64,000 nt of DNA, taken from NCBI GenBank assembly GCA_965223155.1, contig CBDCVR010000014.1:480001-544000 (forward strand), written 5' to 3'. How positions within the stretch are numbered: the stretch's first letter is position 1; the number at the start of each line of letters is the position of its first letter. Below are positions 19,118 through 28,983 of this stretch, piece after piece. Below the pieces are notes generated by a model. The model had not been told where the DNA came from and did no database searches. It worked only from the letters and a program-made list of their open reading frames with translations. Made by a program: the position numbers and the translations under genes. This stretch comes from Candidatus Multivoradales bacterium (GTDB taxonomy: Bacteria > Acidobacteriota > Thermoanaerobaculia > Multivoradales > JAHEKO01).

Positions 19118-20335
19118 CTAGACCCCGACCGCTTCGCCCACCAGTACTCGCTCGACCCGCTCCAGCGCCCAGTCCAGCTCGTCCCGGGTGATGACTAGCG
19201 GTGGCGCCAGCCGGATCACGTTCTCGTGCGTCTCCTTGCACAAGAGCCCGTCGCGCATGAGCTGCTCGCAGAAAGGTCGGGCGCCGCCGGCTGAGTCCTC
19301 GAGCTCGATCCCGATCCACAATCCTCGCCCTCGGATCTCCCGCACGTGAGGCGAATCCATCTGCCGGAGCCTCTCCATCAAGTACCCGCCCAGTTCGGCT
19401 GAGTTCTGGATCATGCCCTCATCGACCAGGACCCGGAGCGCCGTTCGCGCCACCGCGGCGGCCACAGGATTGCCGCCATAGGTCGAACCGTGATCGCCAG
19501 GATGGAAGACCTGCATCACCTCGTCGTTGGCCAGCAGCGCCGACACCGGATACAAGCCACCGGACAGCGCCTTGCCGATAGTCACCATGTCCGGCCGGAT
19601 GCCGTCGTGCTCGAAGGCGAACATCTTGCCGGTCCGGCCCAGTCCCGACTGAATCTCATCAGCGATCAACAGTGTCCGGTGCTCATCGCACAGGGCGCGC
19701 AGCTCCGCCAGGTGTCCGTCCGGCGGCACGATGATGCCGCCCTCGCCCTGGATCGGCTCGATCAGGACCGCCACGACATCCTCGTGCATCGCGCCTCGGA
19801 CCGCCTCGATGTCACCGTAGGGCAGCAAGGTAAAGCCAGGCGTAAAGGGACCGAAACCGTCGCGGTACTGGGCTTCGGAAGAAAACCCGACGATGGTCGT
19901 GGTGCGGCCATGGAAGTTGTTGTCGAACACCAGGATCTCGGCCCGATCCTCGGCCACGCCCTTGACCTTGTACCCCCACTTCCGAGCCGCCTTGATCGCG
20001 GTCTCGACCGCTTCGGCCCCGGTGTTCATCGGCAAGACCTTGTCGAAGGCCGAGAGCTTGACCAGTTCCTCGTAGAACAGGCCAAGCTGATCGTTCCGAA
20101 ACGCCCGGGAAGTCAAGGCCAGCTTGCGACTCTGCTCGACCAAGGCCGCCACGATCTGGGGATGGCAGTGTCCCTGGTTGACCGCCGAGTAGGAGGCCAA
20201 GAAGTCCATGTACTTCGTCCCTTCGACGTCCCAGACCCAGACGCCCTCGCCACGCGCGAGCACGACGTCGAGCGGGTGGTAGTTGTGGGCTCCGTACCGG
20301 TCTTCGAGTTCGATCAGCTGGCGCGAGTCGGTCAT
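19118..20335 (-). CDS. rocD: Ornithine--oxo-acid aminotransferase
   Basis: AGGAG RBS. YGAHNYHPL, YSAVNQGHCHP, PMNTGAEAVET, EPIQGEGG, DEIQSGLGRTG, PLP Lys in GKALSGG. Confidence 0.95.
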   Translation of the reverse strand: MTDSRQLIELEDRYGAHNYHPLDVVLARGEGVWVWDVEGTKYMDFLASYSAVNQGHCHPQIVAALVEQSRKLALTSRAFRNDQLGLFYEELVKLSAFDKVLPMNTGAEAVETAIKAARKWGYKVKGVAEDRAEILVFDNNFHGRTTTIVGFSSEAQYRDGFGPFTPGFTLLPYGDIEAVRGAMHEDVVAVLIEPIQGEGGIIVPPDGHLAELRALCDEHRTLLIADEIQSGLGRTGKMFAFEHDGIRPDMVTIGKALSGGLYPVSALLANDEVMQVFHPGDHGSTYGGNPVAAAVARTALRVLVDEGMIQNSAELGGYLMERLRQMDSPHVREIRGRGLWIGIELEDSAGGARPFCEQLMRDGLLCKETHENVIRLAPPLVITRDELDWALERVERVLVGEAVGV

Positions 20336-20511
20336 GGGAATGCTCCTGTCTGGCTGGTTCGGGTTGCGCGATGCCCGGCGGCCTGCCGGCCGGAAGGCGT
20401 CGGTCGATTCTTCCGGGTTTCGCCAGGCTCGGCAAGCCCCGGATCCGGTCGAGCGGGCCTTCGCAGAAGCGCCACCTGTGGTACACACTTGGGCCTTCCC
20501 GAGGATCCCGT

Positions 20512-21378
20512 ATGCAAACCGACTCTTCCCGCAAGACCAGCTCTCCGGAGCGCGACTCCCCGGCCGCGGCCACCGACGACTGGGGCAAGATCCCAGCCCG
20601 GCCCGACGAGGGCCGCTTCCTGGGTGGTCCCGGCCGGCGCAGCTCGGAGCTCGCCCGCGCCGTCCGGATCTTCCTCGAGTGCATCAAGGGATTCCGCGCG
20701 CTTCATTTCGTGGGGCCCTGCGTCACGGTCTTCGGCTCGGCCAGGTTCCAGGAGGACAATCCCTACTACGAGATGGCCCGGGAGACCGGGCGACTCCTGG
20801 CGCGGCGGGGATTCACCGTCATGACCGGCGGCGGTCCCGGCATCATGGAGGCCGCCAACCGCGGTGCCAAGGACGCGGGCGGCTACTCGGTGGGCTGCAA
20901 CATCGAGCTGCCCCACGAACAGGGCTGCAATCCGTATCTCGACACCTGGGTCGACTTTCGCTACTTCTTCGTGCGCAAGGTGATGCTGGTCAAGTACTCG
21001 TACGCGTTCGTACTCATGCCCGGAGGCTTCGGGACCCTGGACGAGGTCTTCGAAACCGCGACTCTGATTCAGACCGGAAAAATCGCCAGGTTCCCGCTGG
21101 TCCTGATGGGATCCGAGTACTGGGGTGATCTGCTGGACTTCATGCGCGAACGCATGGTCGGCGCGGGCACGATCTCGAGTCACGACGTGGACCGGTTCCT
21201 GGTAACGGACTCGCCCGAGGAGGCAGTCGACCGCATCCACCAGGTGGCGCTACGCCGTTTCGGCCTGACCTGGCGCGGTCTGCCCAAGCCACGCTGGGTC
21301 TTCGGCGAGAGCGGCAGCAACAGCCACGACGCCTGGCGCCAATGGCGGCAGGCGATGAGCGCTCACTCCCGGGACTAG
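20512..21378 (+). CDS. LOG family (TIGR00730-like) phosphoribohydrolase
   Basis: VTVFGSAR, TGGGPGIMEAANRGA, FFVRKVML, PGGFGTLDE. Confidence 0.92.
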   Translation: MQTDSSRKTSSPERDSPAAATDDWGKIPARPDEGRFLGGPGRRSSELARAVRIFLECIKGFRALHFVGPCVTVFGSARFQEDNPYYEMARETGRLLARRGFTVMTGGGPGIMEAANRGAKDAGGYSVGCNIELPHEQGCNPYLDTWVDFRYFFVRKVMLVKYSYAFVLMPGGFGTLDEVFETATLIQTGKIARFPLVLMGSEYWGDLLDFMRERMVGAGTISSHDVDRFLVTDSPEEAVDRIHQVALRRFGLTWRGLPKPRWVFGESGSNSHDAWRQWRQAMSAHSRD

Positions 21379-21509
21379 GGTTTTGCTGAAGAAGTCTCAT
21401 CAGTTGCGTTGCGAGCGCCGTGACAGTCGCAGGCAGGCGGCGCGACGCAGGCGACGCCCCAGCATCGTTGAGAAGCGCCAACGCCCCCGCGGCGGCCATG
21501 CCGCCACTA

Positions 21510-22442
21510 ATGAGAGTTTTTCGGCAATCCCCTAGAGCAGTGCCCGCCAGGCTCCAGATCGCGCTGGCCGCCGTGCTGTTCTCGACCGGCGGCACCGCGG
21601 TCAAAGCGGCAAGCCTGGGCGGCTGGCAGATCGCGGGGCTGCGCTCGGCGATCGCCGCGGTCTTCCTGTTCTTGGCATTGCCTGCCGCGCGCAGGCTCCG
21701 CTCCTGGCGGAGCCTGCTGATCGGAACCACCTTCGTTTCCTCTCTCCTCCTCTACGTACTCGCCAACAAGCTAACCACCGCCGCCAGCGTCATTTTCTTG
21801 GTCTCGGCGGCTCCGGGCTACGTCCTGCTACTCGCCCCCTGGCTGCTCAAGGAGGCCTTCCGGCGCCGGGACGCGTTCACGATTGGCGTTATCGCCATCG
21901 GACTCTCCTGCCTGCTGCTGGGCCCCCAGGCGGCCCAGGGGACAGCCCCGCACCCAGCCGCCGGCAACCTCCTGGCGGCGGCCGCGGGCCTGTCCTGGGC
22001 CCTCACCGTCCTGGGCCTGCGCTGGTTGGGCCGTAGACATGAGGGCGCGGCGCCGGCCGTGGTTCTCGGCAATGTCTTGGTCCTGCTGGTGTGCTTGCCC
22101 AAGGTTCTGGAAGGAGGTCTGGATGCGGCTCCGGGCCGGCTGCCCGCGGATCTCGCCATCGTCGCCTACCTGGGCATCGTCCAGATCGGACTCGCCTACA
22201 TGCTACTGACCACCGCGATTCGCCGGGTACCGGCCTTCGAGGCATCGATCCTGCTCCTGCTCGATCCGATCCTGTCGCCGCTTTGGGCCTACTGGGTTCA
22301 CGGCGAGACCGTCGGCGCCCCCACTGTACTGGGAGGATTCTTGATTCTGGCAGCGATCGCCGCCGCCGCCGGCTACGACGCGATGCGCTCCACTGGCTCG
22401 GACTCGGACGCCACCCCCGACACTCCGGACGCCTCCGGATAA
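21510..22442 (+). CDS. EamA/DMT family transporter
   Basis: About 10 TM helices in a two-repeat EamA pattern (LLAPWLLKE; LLDPILSPLWAYWVHGE). Start uncertain (21498 or 21510). Confidence 0.87.
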   Translation: MRVFRQSPRAVPARLQIALAAVLFSTGGTAVKAASLGGWQIAGLRSAIAAVFLFLALPAARRLRSWRSLLIGTTFVSSLLLYVLANKLTTAASVIFLVSAAPGYVLLLAPWLLKEAFRRRDAFTIGVIAIGLSCLLLGPQAAQGTAPHPAAGNLLAAAAGLSWALTVLGLRWLGRRHEGAAPAVVLGNVLVLLVCLPKVLEGGLDAAPGRLPADLAIVAYLGIVQIGLAYMLLTTAIRRVPAFEASILLLLDPILSPLWAYWVHGETVGAPTVLGGFLILAAIAAAAGYDAMRSTGSDSDATPDTPDASG

Positions 22443-23149
22443 ACGATTCCGTTCAGGGCCTCGAGCCGCCCGCAGTGCTCAGCCCGCCGCTCTTCCAGAT
22501 CCGCCTTGACCGCGGCTTTGAAGCCCGTGCCCGCGTGCTCGGCCCGGCGGGCCTCCCGGTACTCCTCGATGTCCACGAACTCGAGGGCCACGCGGATGGT
22601 CCTGAAGAGCTTGGGAAACGTTTGTCCCGGCACTTGGATGTGGTGCAGACCGCCCGAGTACACGATCACCATCTTGCCTTCGGGCACGGCTTCGAGGAGG
22701 TCGGCAATGCCGCCGCGAACCGTCATCGGGCGTCCGTACTTGTCGAGGCCGTTGGCCCTCTTCATCCTTCCTTCCGGGAAGATGATGACGAGTGACTCCG
22801 GCTCGATCGAGTCGATCACGGCCCGCCAGGTGTGGTCGGGCTCGCGCGTGATCGAGAGAAACTTGGGAGCCAGGATGCGCAGGAAGCGGCCGAAGAACGG
22901 CCGCGAGATGGTGACGTCGGCGACCGGAACGTATCCCCACTGGGCGATCTTGCGCAGAAACGGGTTGGGGACCGCGCCGGCCAGCAGCCACTCGTAGAGG
23001 CTCGTATGGTTGAGCACCGTTGCGATGCGCAGATCCCGCCACGGCTCCGGAGGGATGCCTCCCATCCACTCGACCTCGAACCGGTAGAACGTCCGGCTCA
23101 CGGTCTTCAAGCCGTACAGAACCAGAGTACGAAAAAGATCGAGGATCAC
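22373..23149 (-). CDS. Lysophospholipid (PlsC-like) acyltransferase
   Basis: NHTSLYE (HX4E variant of HX4D) and IIFPEGR. Start uncertain. The 3' end overlaps the EamA gene. Confidence 0.8.
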   Translation of the reverse strand: MILDLFRTLVLYGLKTVSRTFYRFEVEWMGGIPPEPWRDLRIATVLNHTSLYEWLLAGAVPNPFLRKIAQWGYVPVADVTISRPFFGRFLRILAPKFLSITREPDHTWRAVIDSIEPESLVIIFPEGRMKRANGLDKYGRPMTVRGGIADLLEAVPEGKMVIVYSGGLHHIQVPGQTFPKLFRTIRVALEFVDIEEYREARRAEHAGTGFKAAVKADLEERRAEHCGRLEALNGIVYPEASGVSGVASESEPVERIAS

Positions 23150-23403
23150 GACAGGCGAACCAGTGGGTGGCGAGCGCCTCGATTGTCTCACACAGACACG
23201 CGAACCCGGCCCGTCGAGAGCCCGCTCCAGCCGCGCGGAGAGCCATGCTCGTCGCCGCTAGGCCCGGCATCTACAGGCCTGCCCAGAGTCGGGCTCGCGT
23301 CCGGAAACACCGCCGCCCGGCCGAGCACCGCGAATCGCTCCGGAGGCCGCGAGCACGCCGTCCACCACCGGAATGCCCCAGGTGCTGGGATAGGATGTCC
23401 ACC

Positions 23404-24192
23404 ATGCCAACGACCCTCGATCTGACCGGTACGAACGCCCTGGTCATGGGTGTGACCAACAAACGCAGCCTGGGCTGGGCGATCGCCAGCCAGCTCCAAG
23501 AGGCCGGGGCCAACCTGGCCTTCAGCTACCAGGGCGAGCGCCTCCGCGGCGAGATGGAAAAGCTCACCGCGGAGCACCCGGAGACGCCGCTCTTCGAATG
23601 CGACGTCACCCACGAGGACCAGCTCGCCGCTCTCTTCTCCGGCTTGGCCGAGCGTTGGGACGGCATCGACGCGATCGTCCACTCCATCGCCTTTGCGCCC
23701 CGGGCGGCCATGGACGGCCGCTACCTGGACACGACCCGTGAAGATTGGCTGACGGCGCTCGAGATCTCGGCCTACTCGCTGGTGGCCATCGCCCGGCACG
23801 CCGAGCCGCTCCTGCGGGAAGGAGCCTCGATCGCGACGCTCACCTACCACGCCGCCGAGCGGGTGGTCCCCAAGTACAACGTCATGGCCGTCGCCAAGAG
23901 CGCCCTCGAAGCCAGCGTTCGCTACCTGGCCTACGAGCTTGGCGAGAAGGGTGTCCGGGTCAACGGCATCTCGGCGGGACCGGTCAAGACGGTCGCTGCC
24001 CGCAGCATCCCCGGCTTCATGTCCATGTTCAAGCAGTTCGAGAAGGTCGCCCCGCTCAAGCGCAACATCACCCACGAAGAAGTCGGCAAGCTGGGTCTCT
24101 TCTTGCTCTCGCCGATGGCCTCGGGGATTACCGGCGAGGTGGTCTACGTGGACGCCGGGTACCACATCATGGGGATGGAGCTTCCCGGCTAG
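23404..24192 (+). CDS. fabI: Enoyl-ACP reductase
   Basis: GVTNKRSLGWAIA, VHSIAFAP, ISAYSL, YNVMAVAKSALE, RVNGISAGP. A TAGGAT -10 box lies 7 nt before the ATG. Confidence 0.95.
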   Translation: MPTTLDLTGTNALVMGVTNKRSLGWAIASQLQEAGANLAFSYQGERLRGEMEKLTAEHPETPLFECDVTHEDQLAALFSGLAERWDGIDAIVHSIAFAPRAAMDGRYLDTTREDWLTALEISAYSLVAIARHAEPLLREGASIATLTYHAAERVVPKYNVMAVAKSALEASVRYLAYELGEKGVRVNGISAGPVKTVAARSIPGFMSMFKQFEKVAPLKRNITHEEVGKLGLFLLSPMASGITGEVVYVDAGYHIMGMELPG

Positions 24193-24222
24193 CCGGCGGC
24201 GTTCCCCGCCCCGGTCCGCCCG

Positions 24223-27200
24223 CTACCAGTCAACCGAGAGACGCTCCTCGCCGTCTTCGCCGTCGGCGAGCACGTAGCCCATCCGCCGGCCGAACAGATA
24301 GAGATCGCGGGTGATCTCGACGTCCCGGCGGCAGTACTCCTGGACCCGATCCAGGCGGCCTTCCCGCGCCCACTCGAGCGAGCGCAGGCCGTCGCCCTTC
24401 TTGGCGACGCCCAGAGTCGCCCGGGCCAACCGGTCCAGCCCGGGCGCGGCGCGATGCCGCGCGCGCAGGCTGGCCAGAAGGTCCAGCGTCGGCCACTTGC
24501 GCGCGTACTCGACCCCCGTGTAGCCGGCAAGGACCGCATAGTCGAAGCGCAGGATGTTGAAGCCGACTACGGCGTCGGCGGTATCGAGCAGGGTGACGAG
24601 CTGCTCGACTTCGTCCTCTCCGAAAATCTCGATCCGGCCTTCCTGGAGGTGGCAAACGGCCCCGACGGCGAGGCGCATCTTATGGGCGTTGGCCCAGCCG
24701 CCGACCTCGCGGGCCGACCGGTAGGTCTCGAGATCGAAGATCATGGTACGGGCCGGATGCCTGGGCGGGGCCAGAGGAGCCGGTGCGGCTGGCGGCGCTG
24801 GCTCCGCAGGCCGCCTGGGCCGCTCGCGCCCGGTCGGCTCCTTCCGATAGCCCGTGCTCGACACAGCCTCAGCTGCCGCCCCCGCGGCCACGGGCTCGCT
24901 GGGTACCGCTTCGGCCGGGCCGTCCTGGAGCTGGCGCCGGTTGCGCTCCGCCCGCTGGCGGCTCTTCTCGGTTTCGGTTCGAGCCTCGCCGCCTTCGAGC
25001 TGCGAGGCCGGAACCACCGTCACTCGAGAGACCCCGGCCACCTCCACCCGGCCCAGCAGCATCTCCAGGAAGCGGGCCGCGCCGGCCTTGTCCAGGGGCC
25101 GGTTGCCATTGCCGCACTTGGGGGACTGGATGCAGCGAGGGCAACCGCTCTCGCAGTCGCAGCTCGCCAGGAGATCGACAACCCGAGCCAGAAGCTCCGG
25201 CAGCTCGTCGAAGGCCCGGCGCGCGATGCCCACACCCCCGGGGTGCCCGTCGTAGACAAAGACCCCGCCGGCACGAAGCTGAGGGTGCCAGGGGATCGAG
25301 ATGCCGCCGATGTCGTTGCGATCGCACAGCGCCAGAAGCGGCATCAACGAGATCGTCGCGTGCTCGGCGGCATGGAGCGCACCCATGAAGTGAAACTCCT
25401 CCGCGCGCAGCCGGTCCTCGATCTCGGCCGGCGCGACCCAGACCAGGCCGGCGGTCTGGTAGCTCGAAGGCGGCAACTCCAGCTCCTGCTGGTCCAGGAG
25501 GTCCTGACCGAAGATGCGCCGCCTCTCGAAACCGACCACCCGCTCGGTAACCTGGACGCGGGCCATGAAGGCCTGGAGAGGGCCGGCCTCCGGCCCGTCC
25601 CGCTCGTCCGTCACCTCCAGAATCGTGGTGTCCTTCTCGGTCAGCGGAACCGTGTAGTAGTCGACCGAGACCGCCTCGGCGTGGACCTTGGACGCGTCGA
25701 GATCCAGCTCACGCACCAGGTACTGACTGCCCCGATGGAGGTAGATCGCCCCCGGATGGCATTCGCGAAAGACGCGGACGCCGTCGACGGTACCTAAGAC
25801 CCTCCCGCTACCGGCCTCCAGAATCGCGCTCGTCGCTCCGCCGCCGCGCAGGCTCACCTGCCCATGGGGCCGTCCCACCCCGGAGGCCAGCTCGGCGCCC
25901 CGGCGCTCCTCGACCAGTCGTCCCTCGCGCAGCAGGTCGCCGACCGTAGGGGAGTGGCGCTCCAGGTAGGCCCGGTCGGCGGCCTTGGACAGCGGCCGCT
26001 CGGCGGCGGCGCAGACCAGGTGGGCGCGGCTGACCGGCTCGTTGGCGCCGTCCACGATGAGCCGTTCGCACGGCTGCTCGAGGAACTCCCGGGGGTGGTC
26101 GAGAAAGTAGTGGTCGAGCGCATCCGGCAGAGCCACCATCGCGGTCAGAGATTCCCGGCCGCCCCGGCCGACCCGGCCCGAGCGCTGCCAGGTCGCCATC
26201 ATGCTGCCCGGGTAGCCGACCAGGACACACGCGTCGAGGCCGCCTATGTCGATGCCCATTTCGAGAGCCGAGGTCGAGATGACGCCGTCCAGCTTCCCCG
26301 CCGCCAGATCTCGTTCGATGAGCCGCCGTTCCTCGGGCAGGAAGCCCGAACGGTAGCTGGCGACCCGCCGGGCGCGCTCGGGATCCTGCTGGCGCAGCCA
26401 GGCGTAGAGCAGCTCGGTGATGCGCCGGGCCTTGGTAAAGACGATGGTCTTGAGATCGCGCTCCAGAAGCTCACGCAGAAGCTGCAAGCTCAAGGTGTAG
26501 GGGCTGGCCGCCGGGCGGAACAGGAGAAAGTGCCGGCCCTGGCGGGGCGCGCCCGACTCCCGTACCCAGACGAAGTCCCGGCCGGTCAGCCGGCGCGCGA
26601 ACTCGCCCGCGTTCCCGGCGGTGGCCGACGAGGCCACCAGGGTCGGGTGGGCGCCGTGAGCCCGGCACAGCCGCAGCAAGCGCTCCAGGACGTGATGGAA
26701 ATGGCTGCCGAAAATCCCCCGGTAGGTATGGAGCTCATCCAGGACGATCCACTTGAGGCGTTTCAGGAACGGCTCCCAGCTGGAATGGCCGCCCAGGATC
26801 CCCAGGTGCAGCATGTCCGGGTTCGAGATGACGACCCGCGGGAACTTCCTCTTGATGCGGGCGCGCTCGCGTTCCGGCGTGTCGCCGTCGTAGATGGCGC
26901 AAAACGGCGGTTCCTCGTCCCCGGCCAGGCCGGCGGCCCGGGCCAGAGCCTCGAGCTTGACTCGCTGGTCCTGCCCCAGAGCCTTGAGTGGATAGAGGAA
27001 GAGGCCGCGGCCGTCGCCGCCGGCCAGGGCTTCCTCCAGGACCGGCAGATGAAAGACGAGCGACTTGCCGCTGGCCGTGGGCGTGGTGATCAGGACGTCC
27101 CGGCCCGACCGCGCCGCCACGAGTCCGGCAACCTGGTGACTCCAGAGCCGGGTGACGCCCGCATCGGCCAGGGCCCGGCTCAGAGCCTCGGGCAGCTCCG

Positions 27201-27306
27201 GCTCCAGGACACCGAAGGACGCCGGCTCGGCCGGCAGCGAGACCGCCTCGACCAGCTGCGGACCGAAGCCGTCCTCCCGACCCAGAGCTTCCACCAAGGT
27301 CTTCAC
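24223..27306 (-). CDS. DEAH-type helicase with DUF1998 Zn domain (MrfA/SftH/Hrq1-like) fused to C-terminal DEDD exonuclease (RNase_H_2/MrfB-like)
   Basis: TPTASGKS, DELH, SAT, STSALEMGIDIG, QRSGRVGR. DUF1998 motifs LHAAEHA..CDRND..CDCESGCPRC. After a Pro/Ala linker come FDLET, GFNILRFDY, YCRRDV. GTG start chosen from the TATCGT-N6 layout. Confidence 0.88.
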   Translation of the reverse strand: MKTLVEALGREDGFGPQLVEAVSLPAEPASFGVLEPELPEALSRALADAGVTRLWSHQVAGLVAARSGRDVLITTPTASGKSLVFHLPVLEEALAGGDGRGLFLYPLKALGQDQRVKLEALARAAGLAGDEEPPFCAIYDGDTPERERARIKRKFPRVVISNPDMLHLGILGGHSSWEPFLKRLKWIVLDELHTYRGIFGSHFHHVLERLLRLCRAHGAHPTLVASSATAGNAGEFARRLTGRDFVWVRESGAPRQGRHFLLFRPAASPYTLSLQLLRELLERDLKTIVFTKARRITELLYAWLRQQDPERARRVASYRSGFLPEERRLIERDLAAGKLDGVISTSALEMGIDIGGLDACVLVGYPGSMMATWQRSGRVGRGGRESLTAMVALPDALDHYFLDHPREFLEQPCERLIVDGANEPVSRAHLVCAAAERPLSKAADRAYLERHSPTVGDLLREGRLVEERRGAELASGVGRPHGQVSLRGGGATSAILEAGSGRVLGTVDGVRVFRECHPGAIYLHRGSQYLVRELDLDASKVHAEAVSVDYYTVPLTEKDTTILEVTDERDGPEAGPLQAFMARVQVTERVVGFERRRIFGQDLLDQQELELPPSSYQTAGLVWVAPAEIEDRLRAEEFHFMGALHAAEHATISLMPLLALCDRNDIGGISIPWHPQLRAGGVFVYDGHPGGVGIARRAFDELPELLARVVDLLASCDCESGCPRCIQSPKCGNGNRPLDKAGAARFLEMLLGRVEVAGVSRVTVVPASQLEGGEARTETEKSRQRAERNRRQLQDGPAEAVPSEPVAAGAAAEAVSSTGYRKEPTGRERPRRPAEPAPPAAPAPLAPPRHPARTMIFDLETYRSAREVGGWANAHKMRLAVGAVCHLQEGRIEIFGEDEVEQLVTLLDTADAVVGFNILRFDYAVLAGYTGVEYARKWPTLDLLASLRARHRAAPGLDRLARATLGVAKKGDGLRSLEWAREGRLDRVQEYCRRDVEITRDLYLFGRRMGYVLADGEDGEERLSVDW

Positions 27307-27396
27307 CAGGCAACGATACTCGACCGCGTAGCGCCAGCCCCGGGGCGCGAGCTTCCCGCCCTTCTCCGCCCCGCGGCCGGGCGGTACCATCTGCCG

Positions 27397-28983
27397 GTGC
27401 CGCCCAAGAACGTAGCTCTGGTGCTCTCGCTCGCCATCCTGGCGCTACCTCTGGTGCCCCCCGTCCGGCTGCTCGTGCAAGCCGGCGCAAGGCGGCGGCT
27501 CAGAGTCTTCCCAGCCTTCGTCCGTCGATTGGTTCTCGCGCTGGCCGCCTATGCGGTAGCGATCGCCCTCCTGGTCCGGGCCGGAGCGCCCTGGCTTCAC
27601 CTTGCCGCCGGCGCGGTGGCGATCGCTGTTCTGGTCGAGCGCTGGCAGGCCCGACCCGCCTTCGGCACCGGCCGGGGCCTGCCTCCCGGTTCGCTCGCCT
27701 TCGGCCAGGTCGAGCCCTGGCGCAACCAGGACTACTTTCGCGAGCAAGTCGAGCTCCACGGTCCGATTTTCAAGACCCGGCTGTCGCCAAGACCGATGAT
27801 CGCCGTCTACGGCCTGGACCGGGGCCGCAAGCTCCTGCGGAAACACGACGCCCAGCTGGGTCCGGGCGAGCCGATACCCGTTCACGAGCTCCTCCGGGGC
27901 GGCTTTCTTCGCTACCTGGACCGAGAGCCCCACGGTGAGGTGACCGAGATTCTGCAAGCCGCCTTTCCGCCCGAGTTGCTGGAGGCCCAGCGCTCGGCCA
28001 TCGGCGCGCTCGTGGCCAACGGCTTCGCGCAGCGGTGCGAGGACCCGGCCCGGCCCGGCCTCCTGAGAGCTGCCGAGATCGAAGACCTCATCTTCGCGAT
28101 CGTGTGCCGAACATTCTTCGGGATCGAAGAGAGCTCCGAGATCAGGCATCTACGCCGCTTGTACAGGGCCCTCGACGTACGTCGAGGGCTGCTTACCAGG
28201 ACTTCCGCCACAAGGCGTGCTCTACGGGCCGTGTCCGACATCCTCGACTCCCGGGTCGAGCGGTATAGAGACGCAACCGGCAACACCTTGCCGAGCGCCC
28301 TCGGGAATCTGGCGCGTCAGCCGGGCGCCTGGAGTCCCACGATCGCCGGCAACCTCATCGTCCTGGCAATGACGGGATGGCTCGACGTCGCCGGTTTCAT
28401 GGTCTGGATCCTGAAACAGCTAGCGGACCATCCCGGTGCGGTCGAGCGCATTCGCCGAGAGCTCGAGGACCCGGATCCCGGCGCGGGCCCGCCGCTAAGT
28501 CTGTGCGCGGTCCAGGAAACCGTCCGGCTCGAGCAGAGCGAGTTTCTCAGCCGCACGGTCCTCGAGGAGTTCGAGTTCGAGGGCTTTCGCTTTCCCCGGG
28601 GCTGGCGCTTGCGGATCCTCGAGCACGAGAATCACCGCGACCCGGAGAGCTTCGATCGTCCCGACGAGTTCCTGCCCGAGCGCTTCCGGGACGCCCCTCC
28701 CACACCCAAGACCTTCGCGGCCTTCGGCGTGTACCGGATCCGCTGCCTGGGCGAGCATCTGACGCTGGCCATCGGGCAGTCCTTCGTCGAGGAACTGGTC
28801 CGGAGCTACGACTGGCGGGTCCTGGACGACGGCCCGGTGGAGTTCGGCGGCCTCCACTGGCAGCCCAGCGCACGATTTGCCGTCCGGCTCGAGCCTCGAG
28901 GCGAGTCCAACCCGATCGCGCCGCGCACCGCCGGAGGCCCTCTGGCGGCGGGACCCGACCCAACCCCCGCTCAGTCGACGTAG
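27397..28983 (+). CDS. Atypical cytochrome P450 with N-terminal multi-TM anchor
   Basis: HGPIFKT, ETVR (ExxR), HRDPESF..PERF, heme Cys in AFGVYRIRCLG. Three hydrophobic N-terminal segments. GTG lies 6 nt after TACCAT. Confidence 0.8.
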   Translation: MPPKNVALVLSLAILALPLVPPVRLLVQAGARRRLRVFPAFVRRLVLALAAYAVAIALLVRAGAPWLHLAAGAVAIAVLVERWQARPAFGTGRGLPPGSLAFGQVEPWRNQDYFREQVELHGPIFKTRLSPRPMIAVYGLDRGRKLLRKHDAQLGPGEPIPVHELLRGGFLRYLDREPHGEVTEILQAAFPPELLEAQRSAIGALVANGFAQRCEDPARPGLLRAAEIEDLIFAIVCRTFFGIEESSEIRHLRRLYRALDVRRGLLTRTSATRRALRAVSDILDSRVERYRDATGNTLPSALGNLARQPGAWSPTIAGNLIVLAMTGWLDVAGFMVWILKQLADHPGAVERIRRELEDPDPGAGPPLSLCAVQETVRLEQSEFLSRTVLEEFEFEGFRFPRGWRLRILEHENHRDPESFDRPDEFLPERFRDAPPTPKTFAAFGVYRIRCLGEHLTLAIGQSFVEELVRSYDWRVLDDGPVEFGGLHWQPSARFAVRLEPRGESNPIAPRTAGGPLAAGPDPTPAQST

